Assembly (NCBI GenBank): GCA_964234715.1
Contig: OZ174280.1
Length of the DNA stretch: 64,000 nt
Source of the DNA: Podarcis melisellensis
Taxonomy: Eukaryota
Strand: one strand, 5' to 3'
The position numbers and the translations under genes are program-made. A model generated the notes under the pieces. That model did no database searches. It worked only from the letters and a program-made list of their open reading frames with translations, and was not told where the DNA came from. Position 1 is the stretch's first letter, and each line of letters begins with the position of its first letter. Shown here piece by piece: positions 52,310 to 64,000 of the stretch.

Positions 52310-52990
52310 CCAGATCTGGTGGTGATAATGCCTTAGTTCCATCTTGTTTGATATGTGGAGCTATCTCTGAAAAGTGTTCAGAAACTTCAGCTGGTTAAAC
52401 ATGCTACAGCCACACTGGAGCCAGCTGTTAGAAACATACTACCTACCTGCCCCACCTACCACCATTAAAACATTTTCAACAGTCCATTTCTGGGCACAGT
52501 TGAAGGTGCTGATTAAAACCCTAAATAGCTGAGGATCAAGGTAGCTAAATAATTTCCTTCTCCCATACGAACCTCTCTGGTTTCCAGGAAACTCCTTATT
52601 TCTGCCTTTCCAGTGTCTGTTACTTGCCTGAAATGTAATTTTTAGAGAAACCCATCTAGCCCCTTCATTAATGAACTTCTGCCAATGCCCAAAGACCTTT
52701 CTTTGTTTTAAAATGTCTTTACTTGCCTAAGATCCAGGACAATATGCCGCCTTTCGGAAATTCCACCCCAGACATCAATTCCACCATTGCAATCTCAATA
52801 GTGTCTGGGAAAATCCGGACATACGGCAGACTGTTGCTCTGTTTTCTTCTTCTGTTATACCGGATTGGTTTTATATGCTCTTGTACTGTATTCTATGTAT
52901 TGTTTTTAATTTAGTCTTCTGAGGATCTGTTTTTGTACTATTGTAAGCCACCTTGATTTCTAATGCGGAAAGCTTAAGAATGAATTAACA
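52310..52990 (+). mobile_element. decayed L2 LINE 3' region, possibly interrupted by a small DNA element near 52720-52830
   Basis: CAGAAACTTCAGCTGGTT (QKLQLV), CAGTTGAAGGTGCTG, and a T-rich tail with TGTAAGCCACCTTGA. Confidence 0.65.
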
Positions 52991-54754
52991 TTTTGAGAAC
53001 ACATTCAAGGTGCTAGTTCTTAAAACCCTATATAGGCTTGGTCTAGATTACCAGAGTGAATGCCATATGTGAGTGCCTTTTGCCATATGTACTACTTCAT
53101 GTGCTAAATGCAGCAATGTGATTTTCTTGCAGGTGCTTCTTGTGTTGTCGGCATGATTGTTTAATAGAACTTTATTGACTCTTCCTGAGATTTGCTGAAT
53201 CTTAAGAGCTTTGGCCAGCCAGGTGTGCCATTAAGACTTCTTTTATTATAGTCTATTAATTTACTTTTGTCATCTGTGATGTCATATATCAATTTTCGCT
53301 GCTGGACTTTTATTATTTTTTTTTGTTGTTCTTGATTTACTACTTTTTTATTTTCTGCTTTGAGAATATTCAGCTGAAGAGTGGATTACAAACCCTGTCA
53401 TTTAAAAAAAAAATTGATGTAGATGCAGTCCCAGTGTCTTCAGAATTGGTTTGTTTTTGGCTTTAATGTAAAATTCCTGTTATCGAGCCTAACGTTGAAT
53501 AAAGTGAGTAAACTGGAGAAAGGGTGGTCACCTGAGGAGCAAAAAAAATTTTTTTTTAACCCTGTGAAATATTTCAGCATTTCTTTTTGAGTAAAAATAA
53601 AAGAGCAAAATCATTGATATTTTAGGGCAAATTTTCTTTTAAAACCTGTATGCCTAATGCTCTGAATGAAATGCCTGCTCAAGAGCCTAGGAAAGCTTCC
53701 TGGGAAGAGCAAAACAATCCAAGCCATATGTATTGGGCAGTTTGCCAATATGCCTAAGCCACCTGGCTATATGCGCAGCCAAGTATGCCGCTCTGACTAG
53801 CCAGCTTTAACCTTCAGGCAGCTTTCTTTTTTTTAGCTCTTAGAAAGCTCTAAAGACCTCCTCATTGCATCCCACAACTCCACTGCCAGTAGTTTGTGCA
53901 CAGACAGGCTCTGTAGTTTATACTAGCCAGACAGCTCTCAGCACCCATTCTGAATGTGTTTCTTTTGTCTGGAGAGCAGTTCAGTCGTGTTGAACCAGGG
54001 CCATAATATGAGTGTGGGGATAGCAGACTGAAACCTTTACCCATATGCCACTGTGTTATTCCCAAGACTGTAGAGACTCCATTTTGTAAGTAGATCCTAT
54101 CAAACATTTTTGTTTGCCTCTTTTATTATAGAACATTTGCATGCATGTTCTGCAAGTACTAAACTAGTTAGATGTAGCTTAGGTATTTATGCATGGATGC
54201 CTTATTGATGCTAACTTTTTGGCATTTATTTTTGAATTACACGGTGAGATACTTTAGGAGACCAATAAAGGGGTTGAGAGAAAAATCCAGTTCAGCAATT
54301 ATTTGATAAAATGCAGCTATGATTAATGTTGAAACAAGTAGGAGTAATAGTTATCGTTGTGTAGGAAGTTATATAATGCAACTCTGTAAAATAATTTGTA
54401 GGCTGTATCTTTCTAATCCCGGAAGCAGTGCCATGAAATAAGATCACTTTTACCCATTTTGTTGATGGGAAATGGAAGTTGAATGTTGGGAGCACACTTA
54501 CCGGTATGTGTTGTCAGGTAGTAAATTTTTTGCTCATCTGGGATTTCCCCTGCATCTCCAGAGTCCAACTCACTCTTTCCCTAACAATAAACAAAATCTT
54601 AGGTGGGTTTTCTCATTCTAAGGGTGTCTTAATTTATGGTCCTTAAATGTAAGACAAACAGAAATGGAGCCATGGAGTTTTTCCTCAATAGCAGTAATCA
54701 TCACATAAGTACCTACTGAATGAATGACTTTACAGGTTGTGCTTCCGTTTTTGC

Positions 54755-54995
54755 AAGAAGAAGAAGAGTTTGGATTTGATATCCCGCCTTTCACTCCCTT
54801 TAAGGAGTCTCAAGGCGGCTAACATTCTCCTTTCCCTTCCTCCCCCACAACAAACACTCTGTGAGGTGAGTGGGGCTGAGAGACTTCAGAAAAGTGTGAC
54901 CGGCCCAAGGTCACCCAGCAGCTGCAGGTGGAGGAGCGGAGACGCGAACCCGGTTCCCCAGATTACGAGACTACCGCTCTTAACCACTACACCAC
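54755..54995 (-). mobile_element. young CORE-type SINE (Squam3-like) with (CTT)n tail
   Basis: (AAG)n GAGTTTGGATTTGATATCCCGCC..CTCTGTGAGGTGAG..CCCAAGGTCACCCAGC..CGAACCCGG..TAACCACTACACCAC, CpG-rich. Confidence 0.9.
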
Positions 54996-55368
54996 CGCAA
55001 TTGCCCTTGTTAAGAACTGAGGCTTGAGGTGAGCAATTGACCACAAAAACTGGGCCTGACTTGCTTATGTGCCTTTAACAGCAGCTTGAGATGCTGGAAT
55101 CACCTCATGAAGCTTTTCACATTGTGGAGACAAGAATCATGACCTGCTAATATGCATGGATGAATCTGCTTTTAAAGGCACACCTAAAGAGGCAAGACAA
55201 AAAGTTAGCAACATTGCTTGAATTTGCGGTTTTAGGATGAAAGCACCAATCAGTGCTTGCATGACACAGAACAACTGTGCAGTCCTGCCACCCTCTCACT
55301 AACGCCTGACTCACCCGTATGCTTTTACAATCATACCAAAGTAATTATGGTCCCCTCCTCTCTCATGA

Positions 55369-55723
55369 ACAGGGTGTGGGTGGCGCTGTGGGTTAAACCC
55401 CAGAGCCTAGGGCTTGCCGATCAAAAGGTCGGTGGTTCAAATCCCTGCAACGGGGTGAGCTCCCATTGCTCGGTCCCTGCTTCTGCCATCCTAGCAGTTT
55501 GAAAGCACGTCAAAGTGCAAGTAGATAAATAGGTACCACTCCGGCGGGAAGGTAAATGGGGTTTACGTGCGCTGCTCTGGTTTGCCAAAAGCGGCTTAGT
55601 CATGCTGGCCACATGACCCGGAAGCTGTGCTCTGGCTCCCTCGGCCAGTAAAGTGAGATGAGCGCCGCAACCCCAGGGTCGTCCGCAACTGGACCTAACA
55701 GTCAGGGGTCCCTTTACCTTTTA
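55369..55723 (+). mobile_element. Sauria SINE, full length
   Basis: GGGTGGCGCTGTGGGTTAAACC head, GGTTCAAATCC B-box, CCTTTACCTTTTA tail. 12-bp TSD CCTCTCTCATGA (55357-55368, 55724-55735). Confidence 0.95.
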
Positions 55724-56174
55724 CCTCTCTCATGAGAAAATATTTCTAATGTGCACAAGATTATTGGAATCTTGTATATATACGTAGCTGGAAGTAGGTT
55801 GTCACTTTTTTATGGACAGAGAAGAGTCAGTGTATTTTAAGCCATATTCTCACATTTCTTGCAGGAAGAGGGTAAGCATAGATACAGGAGCGGTGAGGCC
55901 CAACCTCCCAGAGGCACACAGCTTCTCCTGTTCCTGCCACCACCGTCTTTTCCATAATTTCTGCAGCAGGAAGATTGCTTTACACATTGGTGGTCACTGC
56001 ACGATGTAGGCCTCTTGGGTGATAGCTTTCAAAATCATGTGGGGAGCCTGCATGCATAGATCAGGCTCCTACTTCAGAAATTATGACAAACACGGCAACG
56101 GCGGAGGCAGAGGAGATGCAAAACCTTGGGGTGGGGTCAACTACATGGCCTCACAGCCCCTTTTGCTACACTTG

Positions 56175-56386
56175 CAGTGGTACCTCGAGTTACAAGCGCG
56201 TCGGGTTACAATCTCCGCTAACCTCGAGTTGAGAACTTTGCCCCAGGATGAGAACGGAAATCGTGTGCCAGCGGCGCAACGGCAGCAAGAGGCCCCATTA
56301 GCGAAAGCACACCTCTAGTTAAGAAGAGTTTCAGGTTAAGAACGGACCTCTAGAATGAATTAAGTTCGTAACTAGAGGTACCACTG
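56175..56386 (-). mobile_element. Tc1/mariner-type MITE (variant subfamily)
   Basis: CAGTGGTACCTCGAGTTAC...AGAGGTACCACTG|TA, collinear with the 23676 copy. Confidence 0.9.
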
Positions 56387-56944
56387 TACCTTCTTTACAT
56401 ACGAAACACATGAAGAGGGCTTTAATATCAGCACTAGAATACTATAGGTAACAGTTTCCCAATCATTGGCTCGCCACTGCTGGAGGAAACTCTGACTGTT
56501 GATTTCTGCACAGTAGTTCAATGAGCTTCTGTCCATTCAAAAGTGACAACTCAAGGTTAGTTGACATGTCCTGCTGCAGGATTAATAAAGCATTTTGCAA
56601 GTAGACCCTAACAAATAATTTTGTTTTGCCTCTGTCCTTTTGAAATAAATGCATGCAGTTTTGATATACTTGTCAACTTGCTAGGGATGGGTAGGTTCCC
56701 TCTCTCTCCCTAATAAAAGGTGCATTTTGTCATAAACCAGCAAATGTTAAATTTGTAAATCTCTTTTCCTGTATCTCGTAATTAACCTTTTCCTTTTATT
56801 AGTATTCTGTTTGCTGTGAAATGGACATTTTTCACTCAGTGTCTGTTTCATTTCAGCCAGTTAATGTTGCACCAATATTCATCCAGAGTCCCACCAATTG
56901 TCTCTGTCAAAATTATGTACAAAATTATGAACACACAGAAAAGG

Positions 56945-56948
<4 letters not shown>

Positions 56949-57018
<70 letters not shown>
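56949..57018. repeat. compound microsatellite (CT)20(GT)15
   Basis: Read directly. Confidence 0.98.
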
Positions 57019-57020
<2 letters not shown>

Positions 57021-60000
57021 GTATGATATTCAGGTTGTTATATCAGGGAATTTTTGGAAATGAAGCTGGTTAGCTGTGCTCTAAACATATGGCACAGTTT
57101 GACAAACAGATTGATGAAGAAACCAATTCTGATTTTACTTTGGGGTCAATTCACTAGTGAGTATAAAGCAATGCAAAAAATTATTTTTAAAATTATGAGT
57201 TGTCTTCAGCCAGATTTTCTCTGCTTTAACCTCAGGATTCCTTTCTGTGTGCATTGATATACATTTTATATTTAAAGTACACAAATGGTCAATTAAAGTA
57301 GTGGCTCTGCTGGCATTAGTTTTTGGGTTCCAGATTGCTTTCATTTGTATTGTGGGTTAGGTAGCTCTCCATTTTACATGTCTCTCCAGCTGCAGATAGG
57401 GACTCGGCTTTAGTCTTAATAACTTGATTTCCAGATTTGAAAATTAGATAAACTGCTAACTATGTCACCTAGGTTTGCTTCAGTTAACTTTGAATTAGTT
57501 TTAAAACTTTGTAACTTAATTCAGAGAACCGTACAATGGTTACACACAAGCACATAATAGCAGAGTTTTGAAATAAAAATCCACTTCAGGAAGGGGCCAA
57601 TTTATAACATAGAAGTGTCAGCTAATGTTTGCTGAACCCTTCACATGTCCACTGCTACACTTCAAATCAGCTCTTGAAACTGCTTTTCTTTCCTCCTGCA
57701 TTTTCTAATTGTGTGTTTCCAAACATCTAAATGCATCACTGTGTTTTGGCTAGGAATTACTTCATAAATTGGTGGGGGGGGGGTGTCCAAAAAGGCCAAA
57801 CAGAGCCTATCAACTCTGTCTTGCTTCCCATACTTCAAGAATACACTTCACCAGTAGCAAGCATTAACACATAACACCATGTATATCATTACAGCTTCAA
57901 CTTGTCGTTGTGTCAATTCACAACAAATTTTCTACAATATTTAGTGTAGAAAACTTGCAGCCCTCCCCATGTGTGATACACAGGTCTATATTGCATTTAA
58001 AATAATTGTTTCCCAGAACTGAGCATTTTGTTATACAATTAATATGTAGAATAGTAGGAACTTGAAATACGAGTTACAGTATAGAGAGAGAGCAACAACA
58101 CAGTGTAGCTATTGAGGAAGATTTCAGCCAAGTAAGTGGTTTTGAGCGTTTTTGTGCACTAGAATAATGGCATTATTTAAGTTCAGGGTTTGCTAACAAA
58201 CAAAATCTAGCATGTTATTGTTACAATTCTGATGCCTCAACGTATTTTTGTTAGAGATACTTATTCAAAAGGTTATCTGTTTAGGTTTCCTCAAAATGCT
58301 GTGCTAACAGTGTATAAAATATGTACAAGGATTTACACTCACACCATACTCTGTAGAAATGGAGGGGGGAATGTTTCTCTAGTGGTGTAGCATGGGACTC
58401 TGAATCTTTCCTGGATTTTGAACGCTGGCCAAGCTGTTTCAAAATCAGATATCAAAACATTAGGATACAAATGCATTTTAATTTGTTCTTGAATTATGAA
58501 GGAATAAAGATCAGCAGTATTTTATTTCTCGTTGTCTCTCTGATCTTTTGATGGAAGGATGCCTTAGTTAAGCTTTCATAAATATTTGTATATAATTATT
58601 AACCCTACAGCTCTGCCTCCTTTTCCATTTAAAACCCACTCACAGCCACTTACTTTTTATAAGGAAAGAGGAGGGAATGGCTGCACCCATGGAATGAATC
58701 CTGAGACACTCTTGTAGGGGATTGCTGAGTGCCCACCTACCCAATCCTACCCAGCTGTCATTGCTGCACCAATGTTGGAGCTGGGCAATGTCCACCATCA
58801 GAACTATAGGATTAAGTGTCCCTTTGAGCCAGTCTTGTCAGTTACCTATCCATCCCTGTAAATGTCCCAAAGAACTGTTTGAAATTTCAGGCTGCAGTCC
58901 TATACAGTCCCATTGAATACAGTGACATGGGCATTATTAGTCTTTGTTGTTCTTAGTTTCTCTCTTGTTTTAATGGTAGCAGTTTGATTTAAGGCTGTTG
59001 TTTAAACCTTCTTGAAGACTAGGATTCACATTTGTTTCTTAGAAATAGTTATATTTTAACTACTGACGTAGGAAAGTCAGATATATTCAAGTACCACTGA
59101 AACACAAATAGGTTTACTTGTATTGTTTGGAAGTCCACCTACCTACAGTAAGGGAGATTGTTTTGGGATCTCGACAGATCACAGTGGAATTCACTGGCTA
59201 ATCATTCCCCACTACAGAATATCTGCCTTCAGCTTGAATTATCTTGTGCAGACATCCTGGCTAGCTGCAGTGCAAACTTCTGATGCCTTTAGCCTGAGAA
59301 GACCTGGGTTTGGCAGCCAATAAGTTAGAGACAAGGGTGGGGAAAAGAAATCCTATCTTTTCTGGGGCCTTTTCCTTCTTGGTTTCCCTTGTAAAAATCA
59401 ATATATATGATCAATGGTTGGTTTTGAGTTGTTCACGACATGCTGAAGTATTTCAGATGTAAACGGTGAGTGTCTGGGTTTCAGACATTATAATGTGTCA
59501 AAGGAGCTTTGATAGCTGCTATAGTCATCCCAGATTACATTTTATTTCCAGTGACAGGCTTTGTAAGATGAGAAGGGAAGAAATTCAACATTTCTAAGTA
59601 CAGATCAATTTTACACTACTGCAATAGCTGAGGAGCAAATTTTTTGAGAAGCCAGTTCTGTTTAAACAGTTGAACGTACATTTAATTCAAAGGTGATGTG
59701 ATTTTCTCCATTTCCTTCACCCACCCATTTCAGCATAACATAAACATTTTAGCGAAGCAAAAACCAGCAACACTTGGATAAAGGGAAATATCTATTAAAA
59801 CAGTTGCTTCATTTACACACTGAGTTGCTGATATGGAAATATATGGCTGGCAAACATTAAATCTGGATAAATAGGAACACTGAGTACCATCTTCAGACAA
59901 TCTTGTTTTGTAGATAAACCCAAGTGGGAACCTCTGACAAAATGTTTTGTGGATTAAATAGCATCCCTTTAAGGCTTGATGACTTACTGTGAATTCTTCA

Positions 60001-61975
60001 GAGGCTTCCTGAGACCACTAGGTCTCAGCCTACCTTCTTCTGCCTTCTGGCAGTCCTCTCAAGACTTCCAAGAAGTGTGGAAGGTGAATATTGTCTTTGA
60101 CAGGACCCTGGTATCCCCAGTCCTGCCCCTTTCCATGGCCTTTGCCACCAGGTCCTTTGAGGCTGTGGAGTAGCAGCAGCTAAGCTAATGCATTAGCTGT
60201 TGAATAGGTGGGGGGGGGGGACTTTCAAGGATTTTTTTTTAGCTAAGCAAACTTGAGTGGACCTTCCTCTTGTTTCTCTGGGGTCTTCTTTTGGTTCCAC
60301 TCTGGTTGACACAGGGGTGCTGAGTTCAGCATCAGATGGCTGCAGTTCCTGACTTATTGGGGAAATAACTCAGAATATGGTTCTGCTTGCTGCAGAAGAA
60401 ATACTGTAGCGCTGAAACTGCTTATATTGTTTCCATCCTAGTTTATGCATTCGAAGCTCTTTTTCACTAAAATGATTGCATGACAAAGTAATAGAATTGT
60501 TACATATTGAATGCATGGAAATTGCTGCATAGAGTGTTCGCCATTTATAAAAAAACATAAGGATAGGGCTCAAATAGTTAATTCAACAATTAATTATTAG
60601 ACATGGTGCTTACAGGTCCAGCAGCAGCATGCAAGTATCTTCTCTTTCCATCTAAGACTCACTTATTTCTACAGACTCACTTATTTATCACTTTGCCTCT
60701 CTTCACTTAGATCTGGTTAAGAATGAGCAGTGAGACATTTTGCAAGTGCAATCTCTGTTATATTTCCATCTTTACTGCACACATCATATTCCAAACAGAA
60801 TTTTTCTTTGAAGGTCCAAAGAGCCTACACCAGAGGTTCTTAAATCTTGGTGGACTACAAGCTCCATTCAGATGGTCCAAATAAAGTTTGTTAGACAGTC
60901 AAGAATAACTGTGCTCAGCTGCGAACTTATTTGTATCTGACAGCAGAAGAAATGGGAAATACATAAAATATTTACCAAGGCACTGGATGCTATTAAAGGC
61001 CAGCCTGAAGCGATGAGCCTAGTAAATGTCAAGATCACAGTAGAGGGGTAGTCCCAAATACATGAGCTTCCTGTGGTATGCCTAACTATGCAAACAGCAT
61101 GCCAACAATAACTGCAAAATCAGCTTTTGGATTTAAGCTTTGGAAGAGACTGGGAAATTGTCACAGTGTGACTTTCTAAATATTTCAAACATGGTATATA
61201 TCTTCAAGTGAATACTTATACAAATAAACTTCAAGTATGCACACTTAAAGCAAGTATCTTAACCCACTACACTTTCAGATATCAATCATGCTGTATTAAT
61301 TGAAAGGATTTGGTCTAATCTCATAAAGAAACAGGCAAACTCTTGGCTTTCCTTTAAAGTAAGAATATATCACTCATGCCATCCATTACTGTGCTATAAT
61401 TATGGTAAGTGAAGCAGAACAGAATCGATGGAGCAATTTATCAATGCATTCCAAACTTGTGTAGCGCAGTTGACGTCATGCAACTGCAGATACTATCCCT
61501 CAACCTAAAAATATCCTACAACCCGGATGTTATTTCTACCTTTTTCTCTTTATTTAATATTTTCATAAGTACTGTAATTAGTATTCACTATGAAATTATA
61601 CTTAATTTAGACAGTTTATATTCCAATTCCTAAAGTGTATTTTTAATAAGGGTAAAAATGAAGTATTTTGTGCTGCAAGATTGTAAAAATCCCAAATAGT
61701 TTAAATTTTGGAATTTGGTCTAATTCAGGCATTGATAATGTCACCATCAGGGTGTTAGGGTTGCAGTCTAACTTTGTAAACTTTGATAATATGATACCAT
61801 TATCTATTGTAAGTGATTTTTTTTGTTTGAAATAAGCGATTTGGTTTGGTTTTAGCAGATTTGAAAATTGTGGAATTCCATAATTGTGCCAGGACAGTAT
61901 TTGCCACTTTGCTGCTATTCAAGCAACGTCTAGTCCAGGCAGCTCCCACGCAACTTATTCCCCACTGAGATAGAC

Positions 61976-62100
61976 ATCTGCACTATGAATTTTATAACAA
62001 CTCTCAACACCTTTAACAAAGTACAGTTCCCAGGATACTTTGGGGGAACCCATGACTGCTTAAAGTGGTATAATACTGCTATAAATGCATAGTGCAGATC
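61976..62100. mobile_element. internally deleted MITE (possibly PIF/Harbinger-like)
   Basis: Inverted ends ATCTGCACTATGAATTTATA / TATAAATGCATAGTGCAGAT around a CAGTTCCCAGGATACTTTGGGGG core. Confidence 0.6.
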
Positions 62101-63237
62101 TGGCAATAGATGAAATGCAGGAAGGGGAAAGTTTCTGGCAGCACTGACCCAGTTCAGATAATTCTGTATTTGCCAACCTTGAACAGAAGCACTCCACTTG
62201 ACAACATTTTGTTGCAGGGGCCTACTGATTTTCACAATAAGTTTGAAACTGAAATTGTCACTCAGAAATTAGATACTGTTTTCTAGAGCAGGCTACATTG
62301 GAAAGAAAGAAGAAAAGATAATGGAATAAAACCAATGATTTAATATACCCCACTGCTGCTGGCAACAAAGTTGACTAAATATGGGGCAACTAAGGGGCAA
62401 TTCAACACACACACACCCCTAACACAAGGGAAGCAATAAAACAGACTAAACTTGCAAATAGGGAGTTTTAAAATTAGGGTTAGAAAGTATCTTTGGTGAA
62501 TAGAACTTTATTGTGAGTGGATGCCATGGTGAGGGACCTTGCTGGTTAATATTATACTGTATTAAGCATTGTATGGAACCTCTGGTTCGATTCTGCTTCT
62601 AGCTGATTGTGGAGAATCATGCTGGGGCTAGCAGTTGTAGTTCCAAACATCTAGGGGGCATCAGCTAGGGGATGATTGTGCTAGAATTTGTTTTTTGGAA
62701 GAGAATTGCGTGTAGTAGCCCCTAATCCTTTTTTATGAATTGGGGAAAATTGGGTGGAATCTTGTTCATGAGTAAGAAGAACCTTTGAGTTTCCTAATAA
62801 AAAATAGTGATTTCAGATAATTAACTGATGAGAGTACTTCCCCTTTCATTGACACTTGGGAAATGTCTAAAGTAGCTAATGAAAAACACAATGTTCTCTT
62901 TCAGGGAAGTGCCTCTTTTAAATAGTCAACTTTCACTTGCTCTTTTCTTAAATAACCCCGTTAAAATCTTTTTCTCTCTCCATGTGATCTTAAATGTATA
63001 CAAAGAAAGAATGATGTACTTTGACTCCAGCTAGAGTTTCGATGGCCTCATTAAACATTAACATAAGGGAAAGTGCATTCTGCATTTTGTGATTCTTGAT
63101 CTGTCACTTTTTTATTGTCTATCCGTAATAGCTGGATAGCACAGTATATGTACATGTCAGTATATGTCAGTAGTACTTGCGATCTGGGTAGCTTATCTGA
63201 GATCATAACCATCCAGCATATTTTTGTTTCCTCTTTG

Positions 63238-63240
<3 letters not shown>

Positions 63241-63315
<75 letters not shown>

Positions 63316-63316
63316 T
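63241..63316. repeat. compound microsatellite (CT)29(GT)9
   Basis: Read directly. Confidence 0.98.
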
Positions 63317-64000
63317 TGTATTGCAGCAAAAAAAACATGAAAGGGTTAAGGACCATGCAGCTTGAATTTCCTTAATAAAACATGTGTTCTAGGAAATCAG
63401 AATAACCCTCATTTTAAAAAAAACCAACTGTTTTGTTTGATATTACAAAGAACCGTTTTACCTGATATCACACTACATTGGTTAATTTGGACTATATTTA
63501 ACCACCATTCTGTTTAAATAGTGTCTGCGACTTCTGAATGAATGCCAGACAAATTCTCAAAATGGTTGCCAAGCTATAAGATGGCTGCCAAGGACTGAAT
63601 ACATAGAACAGGTCCAAGATGGTGACCAACTTCACAAAATTTTCCTGTATCCCCCCCGCCCAGGCAACGAAGATGCTGAACTTGGCACCAGTCTCTTGGC
63701 ACTACAATTTATAGAGTCATCCAGAGATCCGAGTAGTAACTGTGTTCTTCTTTCACAGTACTTGGCAGAAAGCTGTTTAAGGGATGACGTGAGGTGAACT
63801 AGCTAGTGTAAAATAACGTTAAGAGCTTTCTTTCCTTGGCTACAGTATACCAAGCATGAACTGGAAGGCTGTATTCTTTTCAAAGAACTCAGACATAAGC
63901 AGCCATCAATGATATTTCAGACTGTTTTCTTTTGTTACATGCATCTAAAGAAATGCAAACTTTATATATACTGCAAGCTTCAAACGTATTTTAGTTGCTG

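Noticed and set aside
55369-55460. tRNA-like A/B boxes
   Set aside because: SINE heads with body, tail and TSD, not tRNA genes.
56816-57073. ORFs with SLSL/CVCV or RERE runs (also 63051-63375 and 8290-8532)
   Set aside because: Translations of microsatellites.
1-64000. Identity of a host gene or a novel multi-gene system
   Set aside because: No exon could be assigned to a known protein, so naming a gene or system would be unsupported.

Overview
Vertebrate genomic DNA, and by its repeat content almost certainly from a squamate, probably a lacertid lizard. I found no recognisable protein-coding gene, RNA gene, CRISPR array or prokaryotic-type system. The ORF-track entries are chance ORFs, microsatellite or gap read-throughs, or decayed LINE reverse-transcriptase remnants. 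The window looks like a long intron or intergenic region rich in transposable elements: two full-length Sauria SINEs with target-site duplications (TSDs), CORE/MIR-like SINEs, CR1 and L2 fragments, a young LTR end, Tc1/mariner-type MITEs (TA TSD), hAT MITEs (8-bp TSDs) and a Penelope-like foldback. The non-repeat signals most worth checking are: (i) a CpG-retaining, promoter-like module at ~27.15-27.33 kb (two opposed YY1 motifs, ETS, CCAAT, E-box) next to a motif-dense enhancer-like block at 25.8-26.8 kb; (ii) a 3' splice site directly before the 260-N gap, suggesting an exon hidden in the gap; (iii) several short motif-dense patches resembling conserved non-coding elements. Repeat family names come from recalled consensus features, not database searches.
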